A model generated the notes under the pieces. That model had not been told where the DNA came from, did not search any database, and saw nothing but the letters and a program-made list of their open reading frames with translations. From the human T2T-CHM13v2.0 reference genome, Homo sapiens: a stretch of 64,000 bases of DNA. This document shows, in pieces, positions 46,080-61,250 of the stretch (its first letter is position 1; every line of letters starts with the position of its first letter). The DNA lies in contig CP068257.2 of the NCBI GenBank assembly GCA_009914755.4, forward strand, positions 1,280,001-1,344,000, given 5' to 3'. Made by a program: the position numbers and the translations under genes.

Positions 46080-48700
46080 ATGAAATTACATCAAATATAT
46101 ATTAGGTACATAAAATATGAAAGTACATCAAATATAGATTATATACTGTACATAAAATTTCAATGTACCCCAAATATATATTTTATACTCTACATGAAAT
46201 ATCAAAGTTCACAAACCATATATTATATACTGTACATAAAATATCAAAGTACGCAAGGTATATATTCTATACTATACAAAAAATATCAAAGTACCCAAAG
46301 CATGTATTATATACTGTACCTAAAATATGAAAGTACATCAAATATGTATTTTATTCTGTACATAAAATATCAAAGTACTCCAGATATATATCCTATAGTG
46401 TACATAAAATATCAAAGTACCCAAACTATACATTATATACTGTACATAAAATATGAAATTACATCAAATATATTTTATATTAGGTACATAAAATATGAAA
46501 GTACATCAAATATAGATTATATACTGTACATTAAATACCAAAGTACCCCAAATATATATTTTATACTGTACATGAAATATCAAAGTTCACAAACTATATA
46601 TTATATACTGTACATATAATATCAAAGTACCCAAAGTATATATTCTATTCTGTACAAAAAATAACAAAGAACCAAAAGCATGTATAATATACTGTACATA
46701 AAATATGAAAGTACATCAAATATATATTTTATTCTTTACATAAAATATCAAAGTACACCAGATATATATTCTATATTGTACATAAAATATCAAAGTACCC
46801 AAACTATACATTATATACTGTAAACAAAATATGAAATTACATCAAATATATTTTATATTAGGTACATAAAATATGAAAGTACATCAAATATAGATTATAT
46901 ACTGTACATTAAATACCAAAGTACCCCAAATATATATTTTATACTGTACATGAAATATCAAAGTTCACAAACTATATATTATATACTGTACATAAATTAT
47001 CAAAGTACCCAAGGTATATATTCTATACTGTAGAAAAAATATCAAAGTACCCAAAGCATGTATTATATACTGTACATAAAATATGAAAGTACATCAAATA
47101 TATATTTTATTCTGTACATAATATATCAAAGTACACCAGATATATATTCTATAGTGTACATAAAATAACAAAGTACACAAACTATACATTATATACTGTA
47201 CATAAAATATGAAATTACATCAAATATATATTAGGTACATAAAATATGAAAGTACGTCAAATATAGATTATATACTGTACATAAAATATCAATGTACCCC
47301 AAATATATATTTTATACTATACATGAAATATCAAAGTTCACAAACCATATATTGTATACTGTACATAAAATATCAAAGTACCCAAGGTATATGTTCTATA
47401 CTGTACAAAAAATATCAAAGTACCCAAAGCATGTATTATATACTGTACATAAAATATGAAAGTACATCAAATATATATTTTTTTCCGTACATAAAATATC
47501 AAAGTACACCAGATATATATTCTATAGTGTACATAAAATATCAAAATACACAAACTATACGTTACATACTGTACATAAAATACGAAATTACATCAAATAT
47601 ATATTATATAAGGTACATAAAATATGAAAGTACATCAAATATAGATTATATACTGTACATTAAATACCAAAGAACCCCAAATATATATTATATACTCTAC
47701 ATGATATATCAAAGTTCACAAACTATATATTATATACTGTACATAAAATATCAAAGTATCCAAGGTATATATTCTATACTGTACAAAAAATATCAAAGTA
47801 CCCAAAGCATGTATTATATACTGTATATAAAATATGAAAGTACATCAAATATATATTTTATTCTGTACATAAAATATCAAAGTACACCAGATATATATTC
47901 TATAGTGTACATAAAATAACAAAGTACAAAAACTATAAATTATATACTGTACATAAAATATGAAATTACATCAAATATATATTAGGTACATAAAATATGA
48001 AAGTACATCAAATATAGATTATATACTGTACATAAAATATCAATGTACCCCAAATATATATTTTATACTTGACATGAAATATCAAAGTTCACAAACCATA
48101 TAATATATACTGTACATAAAATATCAAAGTACCCAAGGTATATATTCTATACTGTACAAAAAATATCAAAGTACCCAAAGCATGTATTATATACTGTACA
48201 TAAAATATGAAAGTACATCAAATATATATTTTATTCTGTACATAAAATATCAAAGTACACCAGATATATATTCTATAGTGTACATAAAATATCAAAGTAC
48301 CCAAACTATACATTATATACTGTACATAAAATATGAAATTACATCAAATATATATTATATTAGGTACATAAATTATGAAAGTACATCAAATATAGATTAT
48401 ATACTGTACATTAAATACCAAAGAACCCCAAATATATATTATATACTCTACATGATATATCAAAGTTCACAAACTATATATTATATACTGTACATAAAAT
48501 ATCAAAGTACCCAAGGTATATATTCTATACTGTACAAAAAATATCAAAGCACCCAAAGCATGTATTATATACTGTATATAAAATATGAAAGTACATGAAA
48601 TATATATTTTATTCTGTACATAAAATATCAAAGTACACCAGATATATATTCTATAGTGTACATAAAATAACAAAGTACAAAAACTATAAATTATATACTG
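46080..48700. repeat. Paralogous block paired with 49837-51700 (offset 3,757, becoming 3,006 after a ~751-bp deletion in the second copy relative to 47209-47954)
   Basis: 46080 and 49837 ORFs (179 aa) differ at 1 residue. 46610-47208 matches 50367-50965. 47955 then matches 50966, both having tatacttgacatg. 48182 matches 51188 (138 aa identical). The GICSIL unit at 47209-47954 is absent from the second copy. Confidence 0.65.
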
Positions 48701-49000
48701 TACATAAAATATGAAATTACATCAAATATATATTAGGTACATAAAATATGAAAGTACATCAAATATAGATTATATACTGTACATAAAATATCAATGTACC
48801 CCAAATATATATTTTATACTCGACATGAAATATCAAAGTTCACAAACCATATAATATATACTGTACATAAAATATCAAAGTACCCAAGGTATATATTCTA
48901 TACTGTACAAAAAATATCAAAGTACCCAAAGCATGTATTATATACTGTACATAAAATATGAAAGTACATCAAATATATATTTTATTCTGTACATAAAATA
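47209..49000. repeat. Block duplicated at +12,236/12,237 (59446-61250)
   Basis: 47209 and 59446 ORFs (236 aa) are near-identical (FFPY vs FIPY). 48182 and 60418 (138 aa) differ at 1 residue. Minus-strand ORFs 48467-48673 and 60703-60909 correspond. ATG 48711 and ATG 60947 are 12,236 apart. Confidence 0.7.
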
Positions 49001-49836
49001 TGAAAGTACACCAGATATATATTCTATAGTGTACATAAAATATCAAAGTACCCAAACTATACATTATATACTGTACATAAAATATGAAGTTACATCAAAT
49101 ATATATTATATTAGGTACATAAAATATGAAAGTACATCAAATATAGATTATATACTGTACATAAAATATCAAAGTACCCCAAATATATATTATATACTCT
49201 ACATGAAATATCAAAGTTCACAAACTATATATTATATACTGTACATAAAATATCAAAGTACCCAAGGTATATATTCTATAATGTACAAAAAATATCAAAG
49301 TACCCAAAGCGTGTATTATATACTGTATATAAAATATGAAATTACATCAAATATATATTTTATTCTGTACATAAAATATCAAAGTACACCAGATATATAT
49401 TCTATAGTGTACATAAAATATAAAAGTACCCAAACTATACATTATATACTTTACATAAAATATGAAATTACATCAAATATATATTATATTAGGTACATAA
49501 AATATGAAAGTACATCAAATATAGATTATACACTGTACATAAAATATCAAAGTACCACAAATATATATTATATACTCTACATGAAATATCAAAGTTCACA
49601 AACTATATATTATATACTGTACATAAAATAAATTCCCCAAGGTATATATTCTATACTGTAGAAAAAATATCAAAGTACCCAAAGCATGTATTATATACTG
49701 TATATAAAATATGAAAGTACATCAAATATATATTTTATTCTGTACATAATATATCAAAGTACACCAGATATATATTCTATAGTGTACATAAAATAACAAA
49801 GTACAAAAACTATAAATTATATACTGTACATAAAAT

Positions 49837-51700
49837 ATGAAATTACATCAAATATATATTAGGTACATAAAATATGAAAGTACATCAAATATAGGTTATA
49901 TACTGTACATAAAATTTCAATGTACCCCAAATATATATTTTATACTCTACATGAAATATCAAAGTTCACAAACCATATATTATATACTGTACATAAAATA
50001 TCAAAGTACGCAAGGTATATATTCTATACTATACAAAAAATATCAAAGTACCCAAAGCATGTATTATATACTGTACCTAAAATATGAAAGTACATCAAAT
50101 ATGTATTTTATTCTGTACATAAAATATCAAAGTACTCCAGATATATATCCTATAGTGTACATAAAATATCAAAGTACCCAAACTATACATTATATACTGT
50201 ACATAAAATATGAAATTACATCAAATATATTTTATATTAGGTACATAAAATATGAAAGTACATCAAATATAGATTATATACTGTACATTAAATACCAAAG
50301 TACCCCAAATATATATTTTATACTGTACATGAAATATCAAAGTTCACAAACTATATATTATATACTGTACATATAATATCAAAGTACCCAAAGTATATAT
50401 TCTATACTGTACAAAAAATAACAAAGAACCAAAAGCATGTATAATATACTGTACATAAAATATGAAAGTACATCAAATATATATTTTATTCTTTACATAA
50501 AATATCAAAGTACACCAGATATATATTCTATATTGTACATAAAATATCAAAGTACCCAAACTATACATTATATACTGTAAACAAAATATGAAATTACATC
50601 AAATATATTTTATATTAGGTACATAAAATATGAAAGTACATCAAATATAGATTATATACTGTACATTAAATACCAAAGTACCCCAAATATATATTTTATA
50701 CTGTACATGAAATATCAAAGTTCACAAACTATATATTATATACTGTACATAAATTATCAAAGTACCCAAGGTATATATTCTATACTGTAGAAAAAATATC
50801 AAAGTACCCAAAGCATGTATTATATACTGTACATAAAATATGAAAGTACATCAAATATATATTTTATTCTGTACATAATATATCAAAGTACACCAGATAT
50901 ATATTCTATAGTGTACATAAAATAACAAAGTACACAAACTATACATTATATACTGTACATAAAATATGAAATTACATCAAATATATATTAGGTACATAAA
51001 ATATGAAAGTACATCAAATATAGATTATATACTGTACATAAAATATCAATGTACCCCAAATATATATTTTATACTTGACATGAAATATCAAAGTTCACAA
51101 ACCATATAATATATACTGTACATAAAATATCAAAGTACCCAAGGTATATATTCTATACTGTACAAAAAATATCAAAGTACCCAAAGCATGTATTATATAC
51201 TGTACATAAAATATGAAAGTACATCAAATATATATTTTATTCTGTACATAAAATATCAAAGTACACCAGATATATATTCTATAGTGTACATAAAATATCA
51301 AAGTACCCAAACTATACATTATATACTGTACATAAAATATGAAATTACATCAAATATATATTATATTAGGTACATAAATTATGAAAGTACATCAAATATA
51401 GATTATATACTGTACATTAAATACCAAAGAACCCCAAATATATATTATATACTCTACATGATATATCAAAGTTCACAAACTATATATTATATACTGTACA
51501 TAAAATATCAAAGTACCCAAGGTATATATTCTATACTGTACAAAAAATATCAAAGCACCCAAAGCATGTATTATATACTGTATATAAAATATGAAAGTAC
51601 ATGAAATATATATTTTATTCTATACATAAAATATCAAAGTACACCAGATATATATTCTATAGTGTACATAAAATAACAAAGTACAAAAACTATAAATTAT
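49837..51700. repeat. Second copy of the 46080-48700 block, lacking ~751 bp (two HORs)
   Basis: See the paired feature 46080-48700. Confidence 0.65.
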
Positions 51701-53724
51701 ATACTGTACATAAAATATGAAATTACATCAAATATATATTAGGTACATAAAATATGAAAGTACATCAAATATAGATTATATACTGTACATAAAATATCAA
51801 TGTACCCCAAATATATATTTTATACTCGACATGAAATATCAAAGTTCACAAACCATATAATATATACTGTACATAAAATATCAAAGTACCCAAGGTATAT
51901 ATTCTATACTGTACAAAAAATATCAAAGTACCCAAAGCATGTATTATATACTGTACATAAAATATGAAAGTACATCAAATATATATTTTATTCTGTACAT
52001 AAAATATCAAAGTACACCAGATATATATTCTATAGTGTACATAAAATATCAAAGTACCCAAACTATACATTATATACTGTACATAAAATATGAAATTACA
52101 TCAAATATATATTATATTTGGTACATAAAATATGAAAGTACATCAAATATAGATTATATACTGTACATTAAATACCAAAGTACCCCAAATATATATTTTA
52201 TACTGTACATGAAATATCAAAGTTCACAAACTATATATTATATACTGTATATATAATATCAAAGTACCCAAGGTATATATTCTATACTGCACAAAAAATA
52301 TCAAAGTACCCAAAGCATGTATTATATACAGTACATAAAATATGAAAGTACATCAAATATATATTTTATTCTGTACATAAAATATCACAGTACACCAGAT
52401 ATATATTCTATAGTGTACATAAAATATAAAAGTACCCAAACTATACATTATATACTGTACATAAAATATGTAATTACATCAAATATATATTATATTAGGT
52501 ACATAAAATATGAAAGTACATCAAATATAGATTATATACTGTACATTAAATACCAAAGTACCCCTAATATATATTTTATACTGTACATGAAATATCAAAG
52601 TTCACAAACTATATATTATATACTGTACATAAAATATCAAAGTACCCAAGTTATATATTCTATACTGTACAAAAAATATCAAAGTACCCAAAGCATGTAT
52701 TATATACTGTACCTAAAATATGAAAGTACATCAAATATATATTTTATTCTGTACATAAAATATCAAAGTACACCAGATATATATTCTATAGTGTACATAA
52801 AATATCAAAGTACCCAAACTATACATTATATGCTGTACATAAAATATGAAATTACATCAAATATATATTATATTAGGTACATAAAATATGAAAGTACATC
52901 AAATATAGATTATACACTGTACATAAAATATCAAAGTACCCCAAATTTATATTGTATACTCTACATGAAATATCAAAGTTCACAAACTATATATTATATA
53001 CTGTACATAAAATAAAGTCCTCAAGGTATATATTCTATACTGTAGAAAAAATATCAAAGTACCCAAAGCATGTATTATATACTGTATATAAAATATGAAA
53101 GTACATCAAATATATATTTTATTCTGTACATAATATATCAAAGTACACCAGATATATATTCTATAGCGTACATAAAATAACAAAGTACAAAAACTATAAA
53201 TTATATACTGTACATAAAATATGAAAGTACATCAAATATATATTTTATTCTGTACATAAAATATCAAAGTACACCAGATATATATTCTATAGTGTACATA
53301 AAATATCAAAGTACCCAAACTATACATTATATACTGTACATAAAATATGAAATTACATCAAATATATATTATATTAGGTACATAAAATATGAAAGTACAT
53401 CAAATATAGATTATATACTGTACATTAAATACCAAAGAACCCCAAATATATATTATATACTCTACATGATATATCAAAGTTCACAAACTATATATTATAT
53501 ACTGTACATAAAATATCAAAGTACCCAAAGTATATATTCTATACTGTACAAAAAATATCAAAGTACCCAAAGCATGTATTATATACTGTACATAAAATAT
53601 GAAAGTACATCAAATATATATTTTATTCTGTACATAAAATATCAAAGTACACCAGATATATATTCTATAGTGTACATAAAATAACAAAGTACAAAAACTA
53701 TAAATTATATACTGCACATAAAAT

Positions 53725-54853
53725 ATGAAATTACATCAAATATATATTAGGTACATAAAATATGAAAGTACATCAAATATAGATTATATACTGTACATAA
53801 AATATCAATGTACCCCAAATATATATTTTATACTCTACATGAAATACCAAAGTTCACAAACCATATATTATGTACTGTACATAAAATATCAAAGTACCCA
53901 AGGTATATATTCTATACTGTGCAAAAAATATCAAAGTACCCAAAGCATGTATTATATACTGTACATAAAATATGAAAGTACATCAAATATATATTTTATT
54001 CTGTACATAAAATATCAAAGTACACCAGATATATATTCTATAGTGTACATAAAATATCAAAGTACCCAAACTATACATTATATACTGTACATAAAATATG
54101 AAATTACATCAAATATATATTATATTAGGTACATAAAATATGAAAGTACATCAAATATAGATTATATACTATACATAAAATATCAAAGTACCCCAAATAT
54201 ATATTATATACTCTACATGAAATATCAAAGTTCACAAGCTATATATTATATACTGTACATAAAATATCAAAGTACCCAAGGTATATATTCTATAATGTAC
54301 AAAAAATATCAAAGTACCCAAAGCGTGTATTATATACTGTATATAAAATATAAAATTACATCAAATATATATTTTATTCTGTACATAAAATATCAAAGTA
54401 CACCAGATATATATTCTATAGTGTACATAAAATATCAAAGTACCCAAACTATACATTATATACTGTACATAAAATATGAAATTACATCAAATATATATTA
54501 TATTAGGTACATAAAATATGAAAGTACATCAAATATAGATTATATACTGTACATTAAATACCAAAGAACCCCAAATATATATTATATACTCTACATGATA
54601 TATCAAAGTTCACAAACTATATATTATGTACTGTACATAAAATATCAAAGTACCCAAGGTATATATTCTATACTGTACAAAAAATATCAAAGTACCCAAA
54701 GCATGTATTATATACTGTACATAAAATATGAAAGTACATCAAATATATATTTTATTCTGTACATAAAATATCAAAGTACACCAGATATATATTCTATAGT
54801 GTACATAAAATAACAAAGTACAAAAACTATAAATTATATACTGCACATAAAAT
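53725..54853. repeat. ~1,129-bp (3-HOR) unit, first of a tandem pair; also matches 40822-41691
   Basis: 53725 and 54854 ORFs share their first ~289 aa (SILCKK from ctgtgcaaaaaa, QSSQAIYY, IKYKITSN). 40822 (289 aa) is the same unit at offset ~12,903/14,032. Confidence 0.65.
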
Positions 54854-55725
54854 ATGAAATTACATCAAATATATATTAGGTACATAAAATATGAAAGTAC
54901 ATCAAATATAGATTATATACTGTACATAAAATATCAATGTACCCCAAATATATATTTTATACTCTACATGAAATACCAAAGTTCACAAACCATATATTAT
55001 ATACTGTACATAAAATATCAAAGTACCCAAGGTATATATTCTATACCGTGCAAAAAATATCAAAGTACCCAAAGCATGTATTATATACTGTACATAAAAT
55101 ATGAAAGTACATCAAATATATATTTTATTCTGTACATAAAATATCAAAGTACACCAGATATATATTCTATAGTGTACATAAAATATCAAAGTACCCAAAC
55201 TATACATTATATACTGTACATAAAATATGAAATTACATCAAATATATATTATATTAGGTACATAAAATATGAAAGTACATCAAATATAGATTATATACTG
55301 TACATAAAATATCAAAGTACCCCAAATATATATTATATACTCTACATGAAATATCAAAGTTCACAAGCTATATATTATATACTGTACATAAAATATCAAA
55401 GTACCCAAGGTATATATTCTATAATGTACAAAAAATATCAAAGTACCCAAAGCGTGTATTATATACTGTATATAAAATATAAAATTACATCAAATATATA
55501 TTTTATTCTGTACATAAAATATCAAAGTACACCAGATATATATTCTATAGTGTACATAAAATATCAAAGTACCCAAACTATACATTATATACTGTACATA
55601 AAATATGAAATTACATCAAATATATATTATATTAGGTACATAAAATATGAAAGTACATCAAATATAGATTATATACTGTACATTAAATACCAAAGTACCC
55701 CAAATATATATTTTATACTGTAAAT
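54854..55725. repeat. Second (partial, at least 870 bp) tandem copy of the 1,129-bp unit
   Basis: See 53725-54853. The copy diverges after ~55725 (next ATG at 56064 rather than 55983). Confidence 0.6.
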
Positions 55726-57192
55726 GAAATATCAAAGTTCACAAACTATATATTATATACTGTACATAAAATATCAAAGTACCCCAAATATATATTATAT
55801 ACTCTACATGAAATATCAAAGTTCACAAACTATATATTATATACTGTACATAAAATAAAGTCCCCAAGGTATATATTCTATACTGTAGAAAAAATATCAA
55901 AGTACCCAAAGCAAGTTTTATATACTGTATATAAAATATGAAAGTACATCAAATATATATTTTATTCTGTACATAATTTATCAAAGTACACCATATATAT
56001 ATTCTATAGTGTACATAAAATAACAAAGTACAAAAACTATAAATTATATACTGCACATAAAATATGAAATTACATCAAATATATATTAGGTACATAAAAT
56101 ATGAAAGTACATCAAATATAGATTATATACTGTACATAAAATTTCAATGTACCCCAAATATATATTTTATACTCTACATGAAATATCAAAGTTCACAAAC
56201 CATATATTATATACTGTACATAAAATAACAAAGTACCCAAGGTATATATTCTATACTATACAAAAAATATCAAAGTACCCAAAGCATGTATTATATACTG
56301 TACCTAAAATATGAAAGTACATCAAATATATATTTTATTCTGTACATAAAATATCAAAGTACTCCAGATATATATCCTATAGTGTACATAAAATATCAAA
56401 GTACCCAAACTATACATTATATACTGTACATAAAATATGAAATTACATCAAATATATTTTATATTAGGTACAAAAAATATGAAAGTACATCAAATATAGT
56501 TTATATACTGTACATTAAATACCAAAGTACCCCAAATATATATTTTATACTATACATGAAATATCAAAGTTCACAAACTATATATTATATACTGTACATA
56601 TAATATCACAGTACCCAAGGTATATATTCTATACTGTACAAAAAATAACAAGGTACCAAAAGCATGTATAATATACTGTACATAAAATATGAAAGTACAT
56701 CAAATATATATTTTATTCTGTACATAAAATATCAAAGTACACCAGATATATATTCTAGAGTGTACATAAAATATCAAAGTACCCAAACTATACATTATAT
56801 ACTGTAAATAAAATATGAAATTACATCAAATATATTTTATATTAGGTACATAAAATATGAAAGTACATCAAATATAGATTATATACTGTACATTAAATAC
56901 CAAAGTACCCCAAATATATATTTTATACTGTACATGAAATATCAAAGTTCACAAACTATATATTATATACTGTACATAAATTATCAAAGTACCCAAGGTA
57001 TATATTCTATACTGTACAAAAAATATCAAAGTACCCAAAGCATGTATTATATACTGTACATAAAATATGATAGTACACCAAATATATATTTTATTCCGTA
57101 CATAAAATATCAAAGTACACCAGATATATATTCTATAGTGTACATAAAATAACAAAGTACAAAAACTATAAATTATATACTGTACATAAAAT

Positions 57193-58317
57193 ATGAAATT
57201 ACATCAAATATATATTAGGTACATAAAATATGAAAGTACATCAAATATAGATTATATACTGTACATAAAATTTCAATGTACCCCAAATATATATTTTATA
57301 CTCTACATGAAATATCAAAGTTCACAAACCATATATTATGTACTGTACATTAAATATCAAAGTACGCAAGGTATATATTCTATACTATACAAAAAATATC
57401 AAAGTACCCAAAGCATGTATTATATACTGTACCTAAAATATGAATGTACATCAAATATATATTTTATTCTGTACATAAAATATCAAAATACACCAGATAT
57501 ATATTCTATAGTGTTCACAAAATATCAAAGTACCCAAACTATACATTATATACTGTACATAAAATATGAAATTACATCAAATATATTTTATATTAGGTAC
57601 ATAAAATATGAAAGTACATCAAATATAGATTATATACTGTACATTAAATACCAAAGTACCCCAAATATATATTTTATACTGTACATGAAATATCAAAGTT
57701 CACAAACTATATATTATATACTGTACATATAATATCAAAGTACCCAAAGTATATATTCTATACTGTACAAAAATGACAAAGAACCAAAAGCATGTATAAT
57801 ATACTGTACATAAAATATGAAAGTACATAAAATATATATTTTATTCTGTACATAAAATATCAAAGTACACCAGATATATATTCTATAGTGTACATAAAAT
57901 ATCAAAGTACCCAAACTATACATTATATACTGTAAATAAAATATGAAATTACATCAAATATATTTTATATTAGGTACATAAAATATGAAAGTACATCAAA
58001 TATAGATTATACACTGTACATTAAATACCAAAGTACCCCAAATATATATTTTATACTGTACATGAAATATCAAAGTTCACAAACTATATATTATATACTG
58101 TACATAAAATAAAGTCCCCAAGGTATATATTCTATACTGTAGAAAAAATATCAAAGTACCCAAAGCATGTATTATATACTGTATATAAAATATGAAAGTA
58201 CATCAAATATATATTTTATTCTGTACATAATATATCAAAGTACACCAGATATATATTCTATAGTGTACATAAAATAACAAAGTACAAAAACTATAAATTA
58301 TATACTGTACATATAAT
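57193..58317. repeat. 1,125-bp tandem duplication, copy 1
   Basis: 57193 and 58318 plus-strand ORFs (179 aa) differ at 2 residues. Minus-strand ORFs 57735-57923 and 58860-59048 (62 aa) are identical. The single-copy paralogous unit sits at 46080-47208 and 49837-50965. Confidence 0.8.
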
Positions 58318-59442
58318 ATGAAATTACATCAAATATATATTAGGTACATAAAATATGAAAGTACATCAAATATAGATTATATACTGTACATAAAATTTCA
58401 ATGTACCCCAAATATATATTTTATACTCTACATGAAATATCAAAGTTCACAAACCATATATTATATACTGTACATTAAATATCAAAGTACGCAAGGTATA
58501 TATTCTATACTATACAAAAAATATCAAAGTACCCAAAGCATGTATTATATACGGTACCTAAAATATGAATGTACATCAAATATATATTTTATTCTGTACA
58601 TAAAATATCAAAATACACCAGATATATATTCTATAGTGTTCACAAAATATCAAAGTACCCAAACTATACATTATATACTGTACATAAAATATGAAATTAC
58701 ATCAAATATATTTTATATTAGGTACATAAAATATGAAAGTACATCAAATATAGATTATATACTGTACATTAAATACCAAAGTACCCCAAATATATATTTT
58801 ATACTGTACATGAAATATCAAAGTTCACAAACTATATATTATATACTGTACATATAATATCAAAGTACCCAAAGTATATATTCTATACTGTACAAAAATG
58901 ACAAAGAACCAAAAGCATGTATAATATACTGTACATAAAATATGAAAGTACATAAAATATATATTTTATTCTGTACATAAAATATCAAAGTACACCAGAT
59001 ATATATTCTATAGTGTACATAAAATATCAAAGTACCCAAACTATACATTATATACTGTAAATAAAATATGAAATTACATCAAATATATTTTATATTAGGT
59101 ACATAAAATATGAAAGTACATCAAATATAGATTATATACTGTACATTAAATACCAAAGTACCCCAAATATATATTTTATACTGTACATGAAATATCAAAG
59201 TTCACAAACTATATATTATATACTGTACATAAATTATCAAAGTACCCAAGGTATATATTCTATACTGTAGAAAAAATATCAAAGTACCCAAAGCATGTAT
59301 TATATACTGTACATAAAATATGAAAGTACATCAAATATATATTTTATTCTGTACATAATATATCAAAGTACACCAGATATATATTCTATAGTGTACATAA
59401 AATAACAAAGTACACAAACTATACATTATATACTGTACATAA
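58318..59442. repeat. 1,125-bp tandem duplication, copy 2
   Basis: See copy 1. Confidence 0.8.
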
Positions 59443-59445
59443 AAT

Positions 59446-61250
59446 ATGAAATTACATCAAATATATATTAGGTACATAAAATATGAAAGTACGTCAAATA
59501 TAGATTATATACTGTACATAAAATATCAATGTACCCCAAATATATATTTTATACTATACATGAAATATCAAAGTTCACAAACCATATATTGTATACTGTA
59601 CATAAAATATCAAAGTACCCAAGGTATATGTTCTATACTGTACAAAAAATATCAAAGTACCCAAAGCATGTATTATATACTGTACATAAAATATGAAAGT
59701 ACATCAAATATATATTTTATTCCGTACATAAAATATCAAAGTACACCAGATATATCTTCTATAGTGTACATAAAATATCAAAGTACACAAACTATACGTT
59801 ACATACTGTTCATAAAATACGAAATTACATCAAATATATATTATATAAGGTACATAAAATATGAAAGTACATCAAATATAGATTATATACTGTATATTAA
59901 ATACCAAAGAACCCCAAATATATATTATATACTCTACATGATATATCAAAGTTCACAAACTATATATTATATACTGTACATAAAATATCAAAGTATCCAA
60001 GGTATATATTCTATACTGTACAAAAAATATCAAAGTACCCAAAGCATGTATTATATACTGTATATAAAATATGAAAGTACATCAAATATATATTTTATTC
60101 TGTACATAAAATATCAAAGTACACCAGATATATATTCTATAGTGTACATAAAATAACAAAGTACAAAAACTATAAATTACATACTGTACATAAAATATGA
60201 ATTACATCAAATATATATTAGGTACATAAAATATGAAAGTACATCAAATATAGATTATATACTGTACATAAAATATCAATGTACCCCAAATATATATTTT
60301 ATACTTGACATGAAATATCAAAGTTCACAAACCATATAATATATACTGTACATAAAATATCAAAGTACCCAAGGTATATATTCTATACTGTACAAAAAAT
60401 ATCAAAGTACCCAAAGCATGTATTATATACTGTACATAAAATATGAAAGTACATCAAATATATATTTTATTCTGTACATAAAATATCAAAGTACACCAGA
60501 TATATATTCTATAGTGTACATAAAATATCAAAGTACCCAAACTATACATTATATACTGTACATAAAATATGAAATTACATCAAATATATATTATATTAGG
60601 TACATAAAATATGAAAGTACATCAAATATAGATTATATACTGTACATTAAATACCAAAGAACCCCAAATATATATTATATACTCTACATGATATATCAAA
60701 GTTCACAAACTATATATTATATACTGTACATAAAATATCAAAGTACCCAAGGTATATATTCTATACTGTACAAAAAATATCAAAGTACCCAAAGCATGTA
60801 TTATATACTGTATATAAAATATGAAAGTACATGAAATATATATTTTATTCTGTACATAAAATATCAAAGTACACCAGATATATATTCTATAGTGTACATA
60901 AAATAACAAAGTACAAAAACTATAAATTATATACTGTACATAAAATATGAAATTACATCAAATATATATTAGGTACATAAAATATGAAAGTACATCAAAT
61001 ATAGATTATATACTGTACATAAAATATCAATGTACCCCAAATATATATTTTATACTCGACATGAAATATCAAAGTTCACAAACCATATAATATATACTGT
61101 ACATAAAATATCAAAGTACCCAAGGTATATATTCTATACTGTACAAAAGATATCAAAGTACCCAAATCATGTATTATATACTGTACATAAAATATGAAAG
61201 TACATAAAATATATATTTTATTCTGTACATAAAATATCAAAGTACACCAG
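59446..61250. repeat. Second copy of the ~12,236-bp-offset block
   Basis: See the paired feature 47209-49000. Confidence 0.7.
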
